Source: an uncultured bacterium
Lineage (GTDB): Bacteria; Patescibacteriota; Minisyncoccia; Phycocordibacterales; CAIRYW01
Direction: 5' to 3'
DNA: 64,000 nucleotides
Assembly: GCA_963766885.1 (NCBI GenBank)
Contig: CAVYBO010000002.1
Coordinates: 464,606-528,605, forward strand
The translations under genes were made by a program, and so were the position numbers. This document shows positions 1 to 9,555 of the stretch, in pieces (position 1 is the first letter of the stretch; every line of letters starts with the position of its first letter). Below the pieces are notes generated by a model that made no database searches, was not told the DNA's origin, and worked only from the letters and a program-made list of their open reading frames with translations.

Positions 1-350
1 ATCCCCCCCAAAACATCGCAAATCAAATCTCCAACCGTGTCTGAAATGTAAATCGGGCTTGATAAATAAGATATACCATATTTTACCTCAAAAACCTCCC
101 AAGCTGCCCCTATCAAAAGCGAGAAAATAATTGCGTACAAAAATCTAACCCTCACTCCAAAAACCGATAAAAAATAAAACAGCAAAAGCGCAGCGGCAAA
201 ACCGCCAACCGTATGAGAAACAACATCAAGCCAATTGGTTATCCAATAGATTTCGTATTTGGACGCAAAAAAGTTGACACCAAAGAGAATTACAAAAAAG
301 AAGGCGCTTGTAAAAAGAAAAAATTTTCGCTGCTGGTTTCTTTCGGGCAT
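1..350 (-). CDS. Partial CDS for a polytopic membrane protein. The N-terminus is at 350 and the gene runs off the window.
   Basis: Minus-strand ORF starting at ATG 348-350 (MPERNQQRKFFLFTSAFFFVILFGVNFF...). It is hydrophobic with several predicted TM helices. It is absent from the ORF track because it is truncated by the window edge. Confidence 0.35.
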   Translation of the reverse strand, partial: MPERNQQRKFFLFTSAFFFVILFGVNFFASKYEIYWITNWLDVVSHTVGGFAAALLLFYFLSVFGVRVRFLYAIIFSLLIGAAWEVFEVKYGISYLSSPIYISDTVGDLICDVLGG

Positions 351-782
351 TAAAATATTATAACCTTAAATATAAAATAGATATAAAAAACATCCCTAAA
401 ATAGAGATGCTTTCTGGGTCCGGGGGGCCAGTTGCGCCTAACTTTGATGTTAGGTGGGAAATTCGACAGGATTCGCCAAGGCGTCCTAGAACGAAGTGCT
501 CCCTGATTTATTACAAACTTAAGGCAACTTGGCTCCCGCACCTGAATTGATTATGAAGTATCTTTTTGCAAGCGCAACAAGAAAACGGGGATATCGTGTG
601 GACAAACGGTGGATAAAAAGTGAACACGCTAAAAAACTTTTTAGAATTGGCGTTTTCAACATCAGCAGACTTACCTATTGGACATTAGTCAATAGAAATT
701 CAAAAAAATTATAGCAAAAGTGGCAGAAAAACAAAAATTTGCTATACTAGCTTTTAATTACTTATTAAATTAAAGATTAATT

Positions 783-1286
783 ATGGAAAAAACACTTGTA
801 ATATTTAAGCCAGATACAGTTCAGAGAGGTATTGTTGGAGAAATTCTATCTCGTTTTGAAAAAGTTGGCCTTAAAATCGTTGGGGTCAAAATGATTCACC
901 CCTCTTATGATCACTATTATCATCATTATGAAAATATCGGTAAGATGATTTCTCGCCGCGGGCAAAAAGCTTTTGACGTCACTCTTGCGATGATGAATGC
1001 TGGGCCTGTGATTGCAATGGTTCTAGAAGGCATTGAAGCCGCTTCGCTTGTGCGCAAGATGGTGGGCGCAACGGAGCCAAAAACAGCTCTTCCTGGGACA
1101 ATCCGCGGAGACTACGCGCACATGAGCTTTGGTCACGCAGATAAAAATGACATCGGAATTCCAAATCTAATCCACGCTTCCGGAGATGCCGAAGAAGCCA
1201 AGCAAGAAATCGCACACTGGTTTAGCGATTCTGAATTATTTGACTATTCAACAGCACACGAAAAATTTACTCAAGCGAGAAAGTAA
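783..1286 (+). CDS. ndk: nucleoside diphosphate kinase
   Basis: 167 aa with an NDK fold signature (KPDTVQRGIVGEILSRFEKVGLKIVGVKM ... HASGDAEEAKQEIAHWF). Confidence 0.88.
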   Translation: MEKTLVIFKPDTVQRGIVGEILSRFEKVGLKIVGVKMIHPSYDHYYHHYENIGKMISRRGQKAFDVTLAMMNAGPVIAMVLEGIEAASLVRKMVGATEPKTALPGTIRGDYAHMSFGHADKNDIGIPNLIHASGDAEEAKQEIAHWFSDSELFDYSTAHEKFTQARK

Positions 1287-1292
1287 TTTTTG

Positions 1293-1550
1293 CTATTCGT
1301 AGATATCGTGGTCTCCGATTGAGTAGAATCTCACATTATTTTCGTCTAAAAATTCAAATATAATCCTATACTTGTAATTTATCGAAAAAGCCCAGAATAT
1401 TTTCATTCTTCCGTTAAGCTTGTGAGTCTTTAACCCTGGATCAAATGGATTGTGAGAAAATATTTCCGTTTTCTTATTGGCAATATTTTGAATACCTTTT
1501 TCCAGCTTTCTATACTCTCGCTTAAATCTTGGGGAAAATAAAATTTTCAT
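1293..1550 (-). CDS. type II toxin-antitoxin system toxin, RelE/ParE family
   Basis: 85 aa with a RelE/ParE-like pattern (KLNGRMKIFWAFSINYKYRIIFEF..VRFYSIGDHDIYE). It lies directly downstream of a small RHH protein gene with a 22-nt gap. Confidence 0.7.
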   Translation of the reverse strand: MKILFSPRFKREYRKLEKGIQNIANKKTEIFSHNPFDPGLKTHKLNGRMKIFWAFSINYKYRIIFEFLDENNVRFYSIGDHDIYE

Positions 1551-1572
1551 ATCCGATCTTATTTTTTATTAA

Positions 1573-1779
1573 TTATCTCAAATCCTTTAAAGATTTAAGC
1601 GTCTTCCATTTTGCGTTCTTTCTGTCATATTCAAGCTCACGAGCGAGTTTTTCTGTATTATAGAGCCGAATAATGTGACGCATGAATTCGCTAGTAGAAG
1701 CAAAATTCCCTTCTTTTACTTTTTTCTTAATTTCCTTTGCCATCTCTGCAGGAAGCGATATGTTTATTATGTTTCTCAT
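1573..1779 (-). CDS. ribbon-helix-helix antitoxin (ParD/CopG-like)
   Basis: 68 aa with a motif typical of ParD/RHH antitoxins (SLPAEMAKEIKKKVKEGNFASTSEFMRHIIRLY). It lies upstream of the RelE/ParE toxin ORF. Confidence 0.6.
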   Translation of the reverse strand: MRNIINISLPAEMAKEIKKKVKEGNFASTSEFMRHIIRLYNTEKLARELEYDRKNAKWKTLKSLKDLR

Positions 1780-1842
1780 ATATTTATATAAACGTTATGT
1801 AATAAATTGTATTACACATTATTACACTATCAAAAATCAAAG

Positions 1843-2430
1843 TCAAGTTATATTATTTATGATCTGCCTTGCCTCTAGAGCACTAGAAAATAAATAAGAA
1901 CATATCCCTATACTTGAAGCAACATTTACATTTTTTTCTTGGTCGTCAAAATATATACACTCTTCTGGTAAGAGATTATATTCTGCAAGAATAAACTCCC
2001 ATGCTCTAACATCTGGCTTTACAAATCCAGTTTGCCAAGAAAAATAAGCTTTATCAACAGTATCATGCATCCATTTGTAATGATTGTAATAATCTGCTCT
2101 TTCCTTGAAATTATTGGATAGTATAAAAACCTTGAGTCCTTTTTGTTTTAATTCCTTAGACAGGTTTATCACATCAGCATCTGGCTCTTCCGCTTTAAAC
2201 CAGTAATCCCAAAATCCTTTTTCACTCAAATTGACATTCCATTTATCTAACGCTTTTTTCCAATAGGAAAAAGTACCCTCTGCCCCTGGTTTTCTGACCT
2301 CATTCATAATAGTGGAAAGAGTTGGTAGAAAATCAGAAACGGGAACATTAAAATCTTTTGAAAATCTGTCACTTAATTTTGCACTTTTGATAAAAATGCC
2401 GTTTAAATCAAAAATAATTGCTTTGATCAT
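1843..2430 (-). CDS. HAD-superfamily hydrolase
   Basis: 195 aa with HAD motif I near the N-terminus (IIFDLNGIF) and a Rossmannoid layout. Confidence 0.65.
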   Translation of the reverse strand: MIKAIIFDLNGIFIKSAKLSDRFSKDFNVPVSDFLPTLSTIMNEVRKPGAEGTFSYWKKALDKWNVNLSEKGFWDYWFKAEEPDADVINLSKELKQKGLKVFILSNNFKERADYYNHYKWMHDTVDKAYFSWQTGFVKPDVRAWEFILAEYNLLPEECIYFDDQEKNVNVASSIGICSYLFSSALEARQIINNIT

Positions 2431-2435
2431 CTTGT

Positions 2436-5210
2436 TTAACCTTTTATCTCCGCAAAAGGATTTGGTTGCGCTGGTGCGGGCTTTGCGGTTTGATATTTTT
2501 TCATAATTTCTGCTTCTACTTCTTTGCGATCTTTGCCATAAGTCAAATACGAAAGTTCTTTGAGCTTTTCTGTACGGGCTATATCGCCTTTTATAAACGG
2601 CAGAGTTTCAATGCTAAACGGCCTGATAGGCTTGCCGTTTGATAGAAGTTTGAGATACGCATTTCTGTTATCGAGATTTACCAAATCAAACTGCTCAAAA
2701 ACCGGCTCAAACTGTTTTTCCAAATATTCTGCGTCTTCTGCTCCCACACGAAATGCTCCAATTGAGCCAACGTTGCCGAAGACCGCGTCTTTGATGTCGT
2801 CTTCAAGCTGGGCGATGAATTGATGAGCGATTGTAAGAGAAAGATTATATTTTCTAGCCTCTGAGAGAATTTGCGAGATTGAATTGGTAGTGATATTTTG
2901 AAATTCATCAATGTAGAGATAAAAATTTGGCATACTTTTTCCAAAAGAATCCGCGCGGGAAAGAGCGGCCATCAGGATTTTTCCGACCAAAATCAGACCG
3001 ATAAGATTGGCATTGATGTCTCCTAATCTTCCTTTGGAAAGATTAACCAAAAGAATTTTCTTGCTGTCCATAATTTCCCTGAAATTCAAAACGGATTTTT
3101 CTTGGGCGATAATCGGGCGCATTATGTCGTTTGAAAGAAAAACATCAAACTTGCTTGTGATGTACGGCACAATGTTTTGAAGCGAAGCTTCCCCGCCTGC
3201 CTTAGCAGCAATTTCGCGCCAAAACTGGACCACTACTGGATTGGTACATTTGGAAAGTTTAAGCTCCCTAAAGGCCTTATCTGACAACACGCGCGAAACA
3301 TCCAGCAAGGTGTTGCCAGTATTCGGATCTTCCATCACCAAAAGTACGGAGTTTCTAAAATACTGTTCAAACATCGGACCTCCAGCTGTCTTCATATCAA
3401 ACAATTTATTGAAAATGCTAAGCAGCTCGTTAACCACAAAAGTTTTTTGCTCCGGATAATTTGGGTCATATTCGAGCATATTGAGAGCCATCGGACGCGC
3501 TGTAAATCCAGGATCAAAGTAAATTAAATCTTCAACACGCTCTTGAGGAATAATTGAAAGAATGTCCTGGATGTCGTTGCCATGCGGATCAATCATACAA
3601 ACACCTTCGCCTCTCGCAATATCCTGCGCAATAATATTTTTAAGAAAAGTCGTCTTACCTGTACCTGTCTGGCCGATAACATACATATGGCGGAGCCTGT
3701 CTTCATCTGACATATAAATATGTGTTTGGGTATTTCTGTCGTTATTAACTCCAATAACAACACCATTTTCTGCCAAGCCAACTGGCGCCGGAGCGGTTCT
3801 GGAACGAGCAGATTTGAGATTTGGCGAAATCAAATGCTCTTGAGGAAAATGGATTATTGATGTTAGTTCAGAAACAGACAGAGGCATGCTTGTTGCTTTA
3901 TTAAACATTCTCCAAGAAAAATCTCTGGCAGTGGCCGCAAATTTTTTGTCTGGTAACTGATGCCAGATAAGAGCTGTGCCGAAAGTGTTTTCAAACTGGC
4001 TGAACGAAGAAACAATTGATGCAAGAATTTCTTCGGCTTTGCTTCTGTTTTCAGCAGATGCAATCACCCGCATATTGACATGCATTATAGGCGAGCTGAC
4101 TTTGGTTTTGATTTCTTCAATGGCAATTTCATTATTTTCTTGATTCTTTTCTCCTGGATTATTTTGAATCGAAGCTTTAGCCTCACCTTTGGCAAGTTCT
4201 TTGATAGTTTTGGAAAATTCTCCGAGGATACTATGACGGACATCAATGGCTCTTTTCAGTGGTGTGCCGTTTTGAATGGCCTGCAAAGCTTGTTTGTAAC
4301 GGCCAATATAACCTTCACTGTCGCGCTCAATTACAAACTGGAGCGCCGCACCCTCACCATCACGATTAATTTTTGAAAAAGAATTTAAGACAACATTTAT
4401 AGGGTCAAAATCAAACTTGTCGTAAGTTTTCAGAGAAAAAATCGGGTTGCCGACAAGGTGTGCTTCGGCTGCAACTGAAATTCCGGAATAATTAAAAATA
4501 TTATAGTCGTCCTTTTTCTCATAAATTTTGGCTTTAGGAAAAACAGCCAGAAGCTGTCTTTCAAAAAGGCTTTTTTTAGCATCTGGAACAGAAATATAAA
4601 AGACCGTCTCGGCAGAACCTTCAGCATTAGCCAACTCCAAAGTTATCGGCTGATTTTCTCCTGCAGGTAAAACACCTTCGTACCACTGCTCCATTGAAGA
4701 AATTATTTCTTTGAGAGGCTTTTCCTTTTCATCAAAGCTATCAGGAAACGAAACTTCAAAAAGTGTAAATTTAAGAGACGAAACTATTTTTTCCTTTTTG
4801 TCTTTTTCATCCAAAAAGCCAGCCTTGAAAAACTGTACCAAAAATCTATGGAAATCATCTTCAAGGTGCGGATTACCAATCATAGCAACCACCGAAAGCG
4901 CATTTTTTAGTCCACGCTCAGAGAGAATTCCAAGAAGCTCTTCCATCTTTGTATCGTGACTTTCTGGACTGAGCTCCAAAGCAATCCCCTTGGCCTCAGG
5001 ATGAATCATCTTATATCCCTTTTCCAAAACTTCATCAGGATTTTGCTTGGCGTATTTTCTGACTTCTTCCCGAATCAGGCTTTCTTTATCAATTTTTTCG
5101 AAAGACCCTGAAAGTTCTTTTTCGCGAATAGCAACTTGCTCTTTGAGATATTTAATCTCATCTTCAGGCGAAGAAAATTTTTGGGCTTCATTAAGTACAG
5201 GTTTTTCCAT
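2436..5210 (-). CDS. large AAA-like ATPase of the HerA/DUF87/VirB4-TraG superfamily, possibly associated with a type IV secretion system (T4SS) or DNA translocation
   Basis: 924 aa. Walker A is GQTGTGKTT, followed by the IDPHG motif typical of DUF87/HerA-type ATPases, with Walker B hhhhDEFQ (LYIDEFQN). There is no N-terminal TM segment. Confidence 0.5.
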   Translation of the reverse strand: MEKPVLNEAQKFSSPEDEIKYLKEQVAIREKELSGSFEKIDKESLIREEVRKYAKQNPDEVLEKGYKMIHPEAKGIALELSPESHDTKMEELLGILSERGLKNALSVVAMIGNPHLEDDFHRFLVQFFKAGFLDEKDKKEKIVSSLKFTLFEVSFPDSFDEKEKPLKEIISSMEQWYEGVLPAGENQPITLELANAEGSAETVFYISVPDAKKSLFERQLLAVFPKAKIYEKKDDYNIFNYSGISVAAEAHLVGNPIFSLKTYDKFDFDPINVVLNSFSKINRDGEGAALQFVIERDSEGYIGRYKQALQAIQNGTPLKRAIDVRHSILGEFSKTIKELAKGEAKASIQNNPGEKNQENNEIAIEEIKTKVSSPIMHVNMRVIASAENRSKAEEILASIVSSFSQFENTFGTALIWHQLPDKKFAATARDFSWRMFNKATSMPLSVSELTSIIHFPQEHLISPNLKSARSRTAPAPVGLAENGVVIGVNNDRNTQTHIYMSDEDRLRHMYVIGQTGTGKTTFLKNIIAQDIARGEGVCMIDPHGNDIQDILSIIPQERVEDLIYFDPGFTARPMALNMLEYDPNYPEQKTFVVNELLSIFNKLFDMKTAGGPMFEQYFRNSVLLVMEDPNTGNTLLDVSRVLSDKAFRELKLSKCTNPVVVQFWREIAAKAGGEASLQNIVPYITSKFDVFLSNDIMRPIIAQEKSVLNFREIMDSKKILLVNLSKGRLGDINANLIGLILVGKILMAALSRADSFGKSMPNFYLYIDEFQNITTNSISQILSEARKYNLSLTIAHQFIAQLEDDIKDAVFGNVGSIGAFRVGAEDAEYLEKQFEPVFEQFDLVNLDNRNAYLKLLSNGKPIRPFSIETLPFIKGDIARTEKLKELSYLTYGKDRKEVEAEIMKKYQTAKPAPAQPNPFAEIKG

Positions 5211-5257
5211 TGCTATTTAATTATAGCAAAGTCAGAATTATTTAGGGTATTAAAAAA

Positions 5258-6034
5258 TTATTGTGTCAAAATCTCAGCCCCTTTTTTAGTTACCAAAACA
5301 GTGTGCTCAAAATGCGCCGCGCGACCTCCGTCTAGAGTTACGTAAGTGTGCCCATCATCCATTAGCTTTATATCGCCCTTTTCCTCAACAATCATCGGTT
5401 CAATAGCCAAAACCATTCCTTCTTCTATTTTTTGAGTCTTGTATTTTACTTTATGATTTGGAATGTATGGCTCTTCATGAAGATGTCTGCCAAGCGCGTG
5501 GCCGCCAAGATCCTTGGCCGGATTGAAGCCTCTTTTCTTGGCGATTTTTTCTATTACAGCTCCTATATCTCCAACTGTTTTGCCCACAACTGCCGATTTG
5601 ATGGCAAACGCTAGCGCTTCTCTTGTGGCATCCAAAAGTTTTTTGGCATTTTTGTCTCCAGCTCCCGCAATAACCGTTGTCGCCGAATCAGTAAAAAATC
5701 CTCGGTAGGAAATAGTGCAGTCAATTGTAACCACATCGCCGTCTTTGATTTCTTTTGATCCCTCGTTTGGAATGCCGTGGACGATTTCATCATTTATAGA
5801 AATACAGATTGAAGCAGGATATGGCCTTGGCGCGCCCTCCGGAGTGTAATTCAAAGATCCAGACTTAGCCCCGGCTTCTATGATAAGCTTTTTGGCTTTT
5901 TCATTTATATACCACGTTGTTACTCCGGGTTTTACTTCTTTTTCCAAAGCGCGCAAAATAGCAGCAAGTTTTTTACCGCATTCTTTTAGAATTTTTATTT
6001 CAGCCGCGCTATAAGAAACAATCATATTTTGCAC
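5258..6034 (-). CDS. map: type I methionine aminopeptidase
   Basis: 258 aa with the pita-bread fold and conserved metal ligands in a MAP-like sequence. It follows adk, as in spc operons. Confidence 0.88.
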   Translation of the reverse strand: MQNMIVSYSAAEIKILKECGKKLAAILRALEKEVKPGVTTWYINEKAKKLIIEAGAKSGSLNYTPEGAPRPYPASICISINDEIVHGIPNEGSKEIKDGDVVTIDCTISYRGFFTDSATTVIAGAGDKNAKKLLDATREALAFAIKSAVVGKTVGDIGAVIEKIAKKRGFNPAKDLGGHALGRHLHEEPYIPNHKVKYKTQKIEEGMVLAIEPMIVEEKGDIKLMDDGHTYVTLDGGRAAHFEHTVLVTKKGAEILTQ

Positions 6035-6637
6035 TTAAATTGAAAGAGATTTTATAATTTCTTGATGGACTTTTTCTATCGCTTGCTCGCCGTTTATTTC
6101 AACAAAATTTATATCTTTTCTTGGCTTGTAGAATTCAATCACCGGCTTTAAGTCTTTCTCGAACTCCCCCATTCTTTTTTCAATTCCGTTTCTTGAATCA
6201 TCAAGCCTGCCTTGGACTTCTGCGCGTTTCAAAAGCTTGTCTGTTGCCCATTCTTTGCTGACATTAATGTAAATAAAGTTCGGTTTTTCAAATCCATAAA
6301 AATCATAGAGGGTGTCAAAAATAATCGCCTCGGGTATTTTGCGCGGAGAGCCGTCGGTAATCATATGCATGTCCTCTTTGTAATTTTTGACCATAGCAAT
6401 ACTCCAGCACATAACAGCCAAGTATGACGGCGCAAAGTTGCCGCCGTCAATTACTGATTTTAATTTCTTTGATGTGTATTCTTCGCCGCTAATTAACTTT
6501 CTAAATTCATCGCCAGTTGAAACATAAAAAATTCCTTCTTGCGGATCGTTCTTTTTTAAATATTCAGTAAGTAAAGCAACTTGCGTGCCTTTGCCGCAGC
6601 CGCTTCTTCCCAGAAATACAAAAAGTTGTGGTTTCAT
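6035..6637 (-). CDS. adk: adenylate kinase
   Basis: 200 aa with an N-terminal P-loop (GRSGCGKGTQ). It sits between secY and map. Confidence 0.88.
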   Translation of the reverse strand: MKPQLFVFLGRSGCGKGTQVALLTEYLKKNDPQEGIFYVSTGDEFRKLISGEEYTSKKLKSVIDGGNFAPSYLAVMCWSIAMVKNYKEDMHMITDGSPRKIPEAIIFDTLYDFYGFEKPNFIYINVSKEWATDKLLKRAEVQGRLDDSRNGIEKRMGEFEKDLKPVIEFYKPRKDINFVEINGEQAIEKVHQEIIKSLSI

Positions 6638-6668
6638 AGTTCTTTATTTTAATATAAATTCGTAAGCG

Positions 6669-6768
6669 AGGATAGTTCTCGAAAAAGAGGCTCTCGGAGC
6701 GCGACTGGCGCGAGAGCGAGGAAGTTTTTTAGCAAGAAAAACTTCCGTACTCTTTGAGAGAACTATCC
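6669..6768. promoter_or_regulatory. nested multi-hairpin structured element in the secY-adk intergenic region
   Basis: The outer stem pairs GGATAGTTCTC (6670-6680) with GAGAACTATCC (6758-6768). The inner hairpins are CTCTCG..CGAGAG and GAAGTTTTT-TAGCAAG-AAAAACTTC (6721-6745). Confidence 0.3.
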
Positions 6769-6774
6769 GAGCGA

Positions 6775-8046
6775 TTAATACTCCCTCATTGAGACCTGTG
6801 CGTCTACTTTTTTGACAAGGTCAATGATTACAGACACCACGATAAGAAGCGCGGTACCGCCAATTGCAATTGAAGTAATGCCGGTTATAGCTTTGACGAC
6901 AAGAGGCAAGACCGCCACAACTCCAAGAAAAAGTGCGCCGACAAGAGTGATTCTTGTGGTTACTTTGCTTAAATATTCTGCTGTGGACTGGCCTGGGCGC
7001 ACTCCCGGGATAAACGCTCCGCTCTTTTGCAAATTTTCTGAAATCATTTTTGGATCAAATGTAATTGCTGTGTAGAAATACGTGAAAAGAAATACAAAAA
7101 GGAAATACAAGATTCCATAAATCCAGTTGTTTGCAAGCCAGTTGAGCAATGTGTTTGCAATAGCTTGAATTACACCAGAACTAAGGCCTTTCATAAAGTT
7201 GAGAATTAATTGTGGGAATAAAAGAAGTGAAAGAGCAAAAATAATCGGAATCACTCCCGCTTGATTGAGTCGAAGCGGAAGATACGTTGAAACACCGCCA
7301 AACATCTTGTTGCCTCTAACGCGCTTGGCGTAAGTGACAGGAATCGGCCGTTCCGCTTCGGTGATAAATACCACAGCGTAAATAACAACTGCAGCCGTAG
7401 CAGCCAAAGCAATATAGAGTGGCAACTGTGTTTGATCAAAGGAAAGCAAAAGCTGTCCAATTGCAGTTGGAGCCCTGGCAATAATTCCAGCACAGATGAT
7501 CAATGACGTACCGTTTCCTATTCCAAATTCAGTAATAAGCTCTCCCATCCACATAAGCAAGCAAGAGCCTGTTGTGATAACAATAATGTTAATCGCAAAA
7601 TCAAAAGGCGTAAGACTGGTCAAAACGCCCTGTTTGCTTAAAAGCAAAAGAAATCCAAAAGCCTGCAGGGCTGAAAGCGGAACAGATATTAGGCGAGTGT
7701 ATTGGCTGAATTTCCTTCGGCCCGCTTCGCCTTCTTCTTGATAAATCGATTTGAGCTTTTCTGACATCATCGTCAAAAGCTGCATAATAATTGAAGCAGT
7801 GATAAAAGGACCTACTCCAAGCATCACGATTGAAAGATTAGAAAGCCCTCCGCCAGAAAACACGTTCAATAGGCCAAAAAATTGATTGTTTTGGAAAAAC
7901 AGTGCGAGCTGCGCCTTGTCGATTCCAGGAGTTGGAATAGCCGCCATAAATCTAAAAAGCGCCAAAACAACAAGAGTAAAAATAATCCTGAATCTTAAAT
8001 TCTTGTCTGAAAAAATGAGTTTGAATTTTTGAACAAAAGCATCCAT
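6775..8046 (-). CDS. secY: preprotein translocase subunit SecY
   Basis: 423 aa with 10 predicted TM segments. It follows rplO in the spc operon position. Confidence 0.9.
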   Translation of the reverse strand: MDAFVQKFKLIFSDKNLRFRIIFTLVVLALFRFMAAIPTPGIDKAQLALFFQNNQFFGLLNVFSGGGLSNLSIVMLGVGPFITASIIMQLLTMMSEKLKSIYQEEGEAGRRKFSQYTRLISVPLSALQAFGFLLLLSKQGVLTSLTPFDFAINIIVITTGSCLLMWMGELITEFGIGNGTSLIICAGIIARAPTAIGQLLLSFDQTQLPLYIALAATAAVVIYAVVFITEAERPIPVTYAKRVRGNKMFGGVSTYLPLRLNQAGVIPIIFALSLLLFPQLILNFMKGLSSGVIQAIANTLLNWLANNWIYGILYFLFVFLFTYFYTAITFDPKMISENLQKSGAFIPGVRPGQSTAEYLSKVTTRITLVGALFLGVVAVLPLVVKAITGITSIAIGGTALLIVVSVIIDLVKKVDAQVSMREY

Positions 8047-8049
8047 GTT

Positions 8050-8499
8050 TTATAAAATGCTGCCGCCAGCTTTTTCTATAGCTTCCCGCGCAGTCTTGGA
8101 AACAGAAATTCCTTTGAATATAAGCTTTGCCGAAATTTTTTCTTTTGGCGCACTGAGTAGGACTTTGACTTGCTGAGGCTTGCCTTTGTAGACAGAAAGC
8201 AATCCCTTTTCGATGAGAGTTTTGTTGTTTATTTCCTCGCCGGCTGTAAATTTTTCTTCAATACTCTTGAGTTTCAAAACAACAGGCTTGGTCTGGATTG
8301 AAAGGAAAGAGTTTTTGCCACGGCCGCGAAGCTTTGGAATCTTTTTGATTATATCTCGCATTTCTGGGCGAAGCTTTCTGCCGGCGCGAGCTTTCTGGCC
8401 TTTTGTACCCTTTCCAGAAGTCTTACCACGTTTGCCTCCGCGTCCAATTTGCTTGGCGCGCTTTCTTTTGTTTATTCTTTTGACATTGTGTAACTGCAT
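8050..8499 (-). CDS. rplO: 50S ribosomal protein L15
   Basis: 149 aa with a Gly/Lys/Arg-rich N-terminus (GRGGKRGKTSGKGTKGQKARAG). Confidence 0.88.
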   Translation of the reverse strand: MQLHNVKRINKRKRAKQIGRGGKRGKTSGKGTKGQKARAGRKLRPEMRDIIKKIPKLRGRGKNSFLSIQTKPVVLKLKSIEEKFTAGEEINNKTLIEKGLLSVYKGKPQQVKVLLSAPKEKISAKLIFKGISVSKTAREAIEKAGGSIL

Positions 8500-8517
8500 A
8501 TTTTTTCTATATTTTTA

Positions 8518-9162
8518 TTATGATTTCTGCTCTGCTCCTACCTTTCCTTTTCTAGGCTTCAGTATTGAAAGGGCTTTGATAGTTGCGCGGGCAATGTTTA
8601 ATTTGTTTTTTGAAGGCGAATGAATCTTTGCATTCACGTCTTTGATGCCCGAAAGCTCAATCACGTCTCTGGCAGCGCTTCCAGCAATAACACCTTTGCC
8701 TTTGGCAGGAGAAAGAGTAACTCTAGCGCTTTTGAATTTTGCCTCAACTGCAAATGGAAGGGACATATTTTTCATAAGAAATATCTGAACTGCGTTTTTC
8801 TTGGCTGCTCTGTATGCTTTGTCAATCGCAAGAGCGGTATCTCCGGCTTTGCCTGTGGCAACTCCAACAGATCCTTTTCTGTTTCCAACAACCAATACAA
8901 CAGAGAAACTGAATCTCCTTCCACCAGAACTAACTCTGGTAACACGCCGGATGTTGATCATTCTCTGATCGTATTCTGGCTTTACTCTTGGAGCTCTTGT
9001 TGTTTTTCTTGGAGTTCTGACATTTTTTCTTCGGCCGCCAAAACCTTCTTCTGATTTGACAACTTCTTCAACAGGAATAGCTGCCACTTCTTCTACAACC
9101 TCTGCAGGTGTATCCGCAACTTTTTCTTCTATTATTTCTTTTTCTTCTGTTACTTGTGACAT
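8518..9162 (-). CDS. rpsE: 30S ribosomal protein S5, with an acidic N-terminal extension
   Basis: 214 aa containing an S5 dsRBD plus C-domain (VVLVVGNRKGSVGVATGKAGDTALAIDKA). It is directly followed by rplO with no L30 gene between them. Confidence 0.88.
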   Translation of the reverse strand: MSQVTEEKEIIEEKVADTPAEVVEEVAAIPVEEVVKSEEGFGGRRKNVRTPRKTTRAPRVKPEYDQRMINIRRVTRVSSGGRRFSFSVVLVVGNRKGSVGVATGKAGDTALAIDKAYRAAKKNAVQIFLMKNMSLPFAVEAKFKSARVTLSPAKGKGVIAGSAARDVIELSGIKDVNAKIHSPSKNKLNIARATIKALSILKPRKGKVGAEQKS

Positions 9163-9171
9163 ATTTTTTAT

Positions 9172-9543
9172 TTAAAACTTCAATCCTCCTTCGCGAAGCG
9201 CATCTGCAAAAGCTTTGATTCTGCCAGTGTAAATGTACCCGCCTCTGTCAAAAACAACTGCTTTGATACCTTTTGAAATTGCTTCCTTGGCAAGCGCTAC
9301 TCCGGCTGCTTTGGCGCTGTCAGTTTTGCTATCTGATTTTTTTGCGCTCTTATTGCCTTTTGCCTCTGCGCTTGAAATCGAAGCAATTGTAACACCTTTT
9401 TGGTCATCAATAACCTGAGCATAAATAAATTTGTTTGATTTGAAAATAGAAACTCTTGGCATATCTTTAGTACCAGAAACCTTAGCTCGGATTCTCTTGC
9501 GCCTTACATCTCTTTTTATTGCTTTTTGATTTTGTTTAGCCAT
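9172..9543 (-). CDS. rplR: 50S ribosomal protein L18
   Basis: 123 aa. The C-terminus (GRIKAFADALREGGLKF) is typical of L18. Confidence 0.88.
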   Translation of the reverse strand: MAKQNQKAIKRDVRRKRIRAKVSGTKDMPRVSIFKSNKFIYAQVIDDQKGVTIASISSAEAKGNKSAKKSDSKTDSAKAAGVALAKEAISKGIKAVVFDRGGYIYTGRIKAFADALREGGLKF

Positions 9544-9555
9544 TGTATTTATTCC

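Noticed and set aside
979-1215. 78-aa minus ORF inside ndk
   Set aside because: It is antisense to a well-supported ndk gene.
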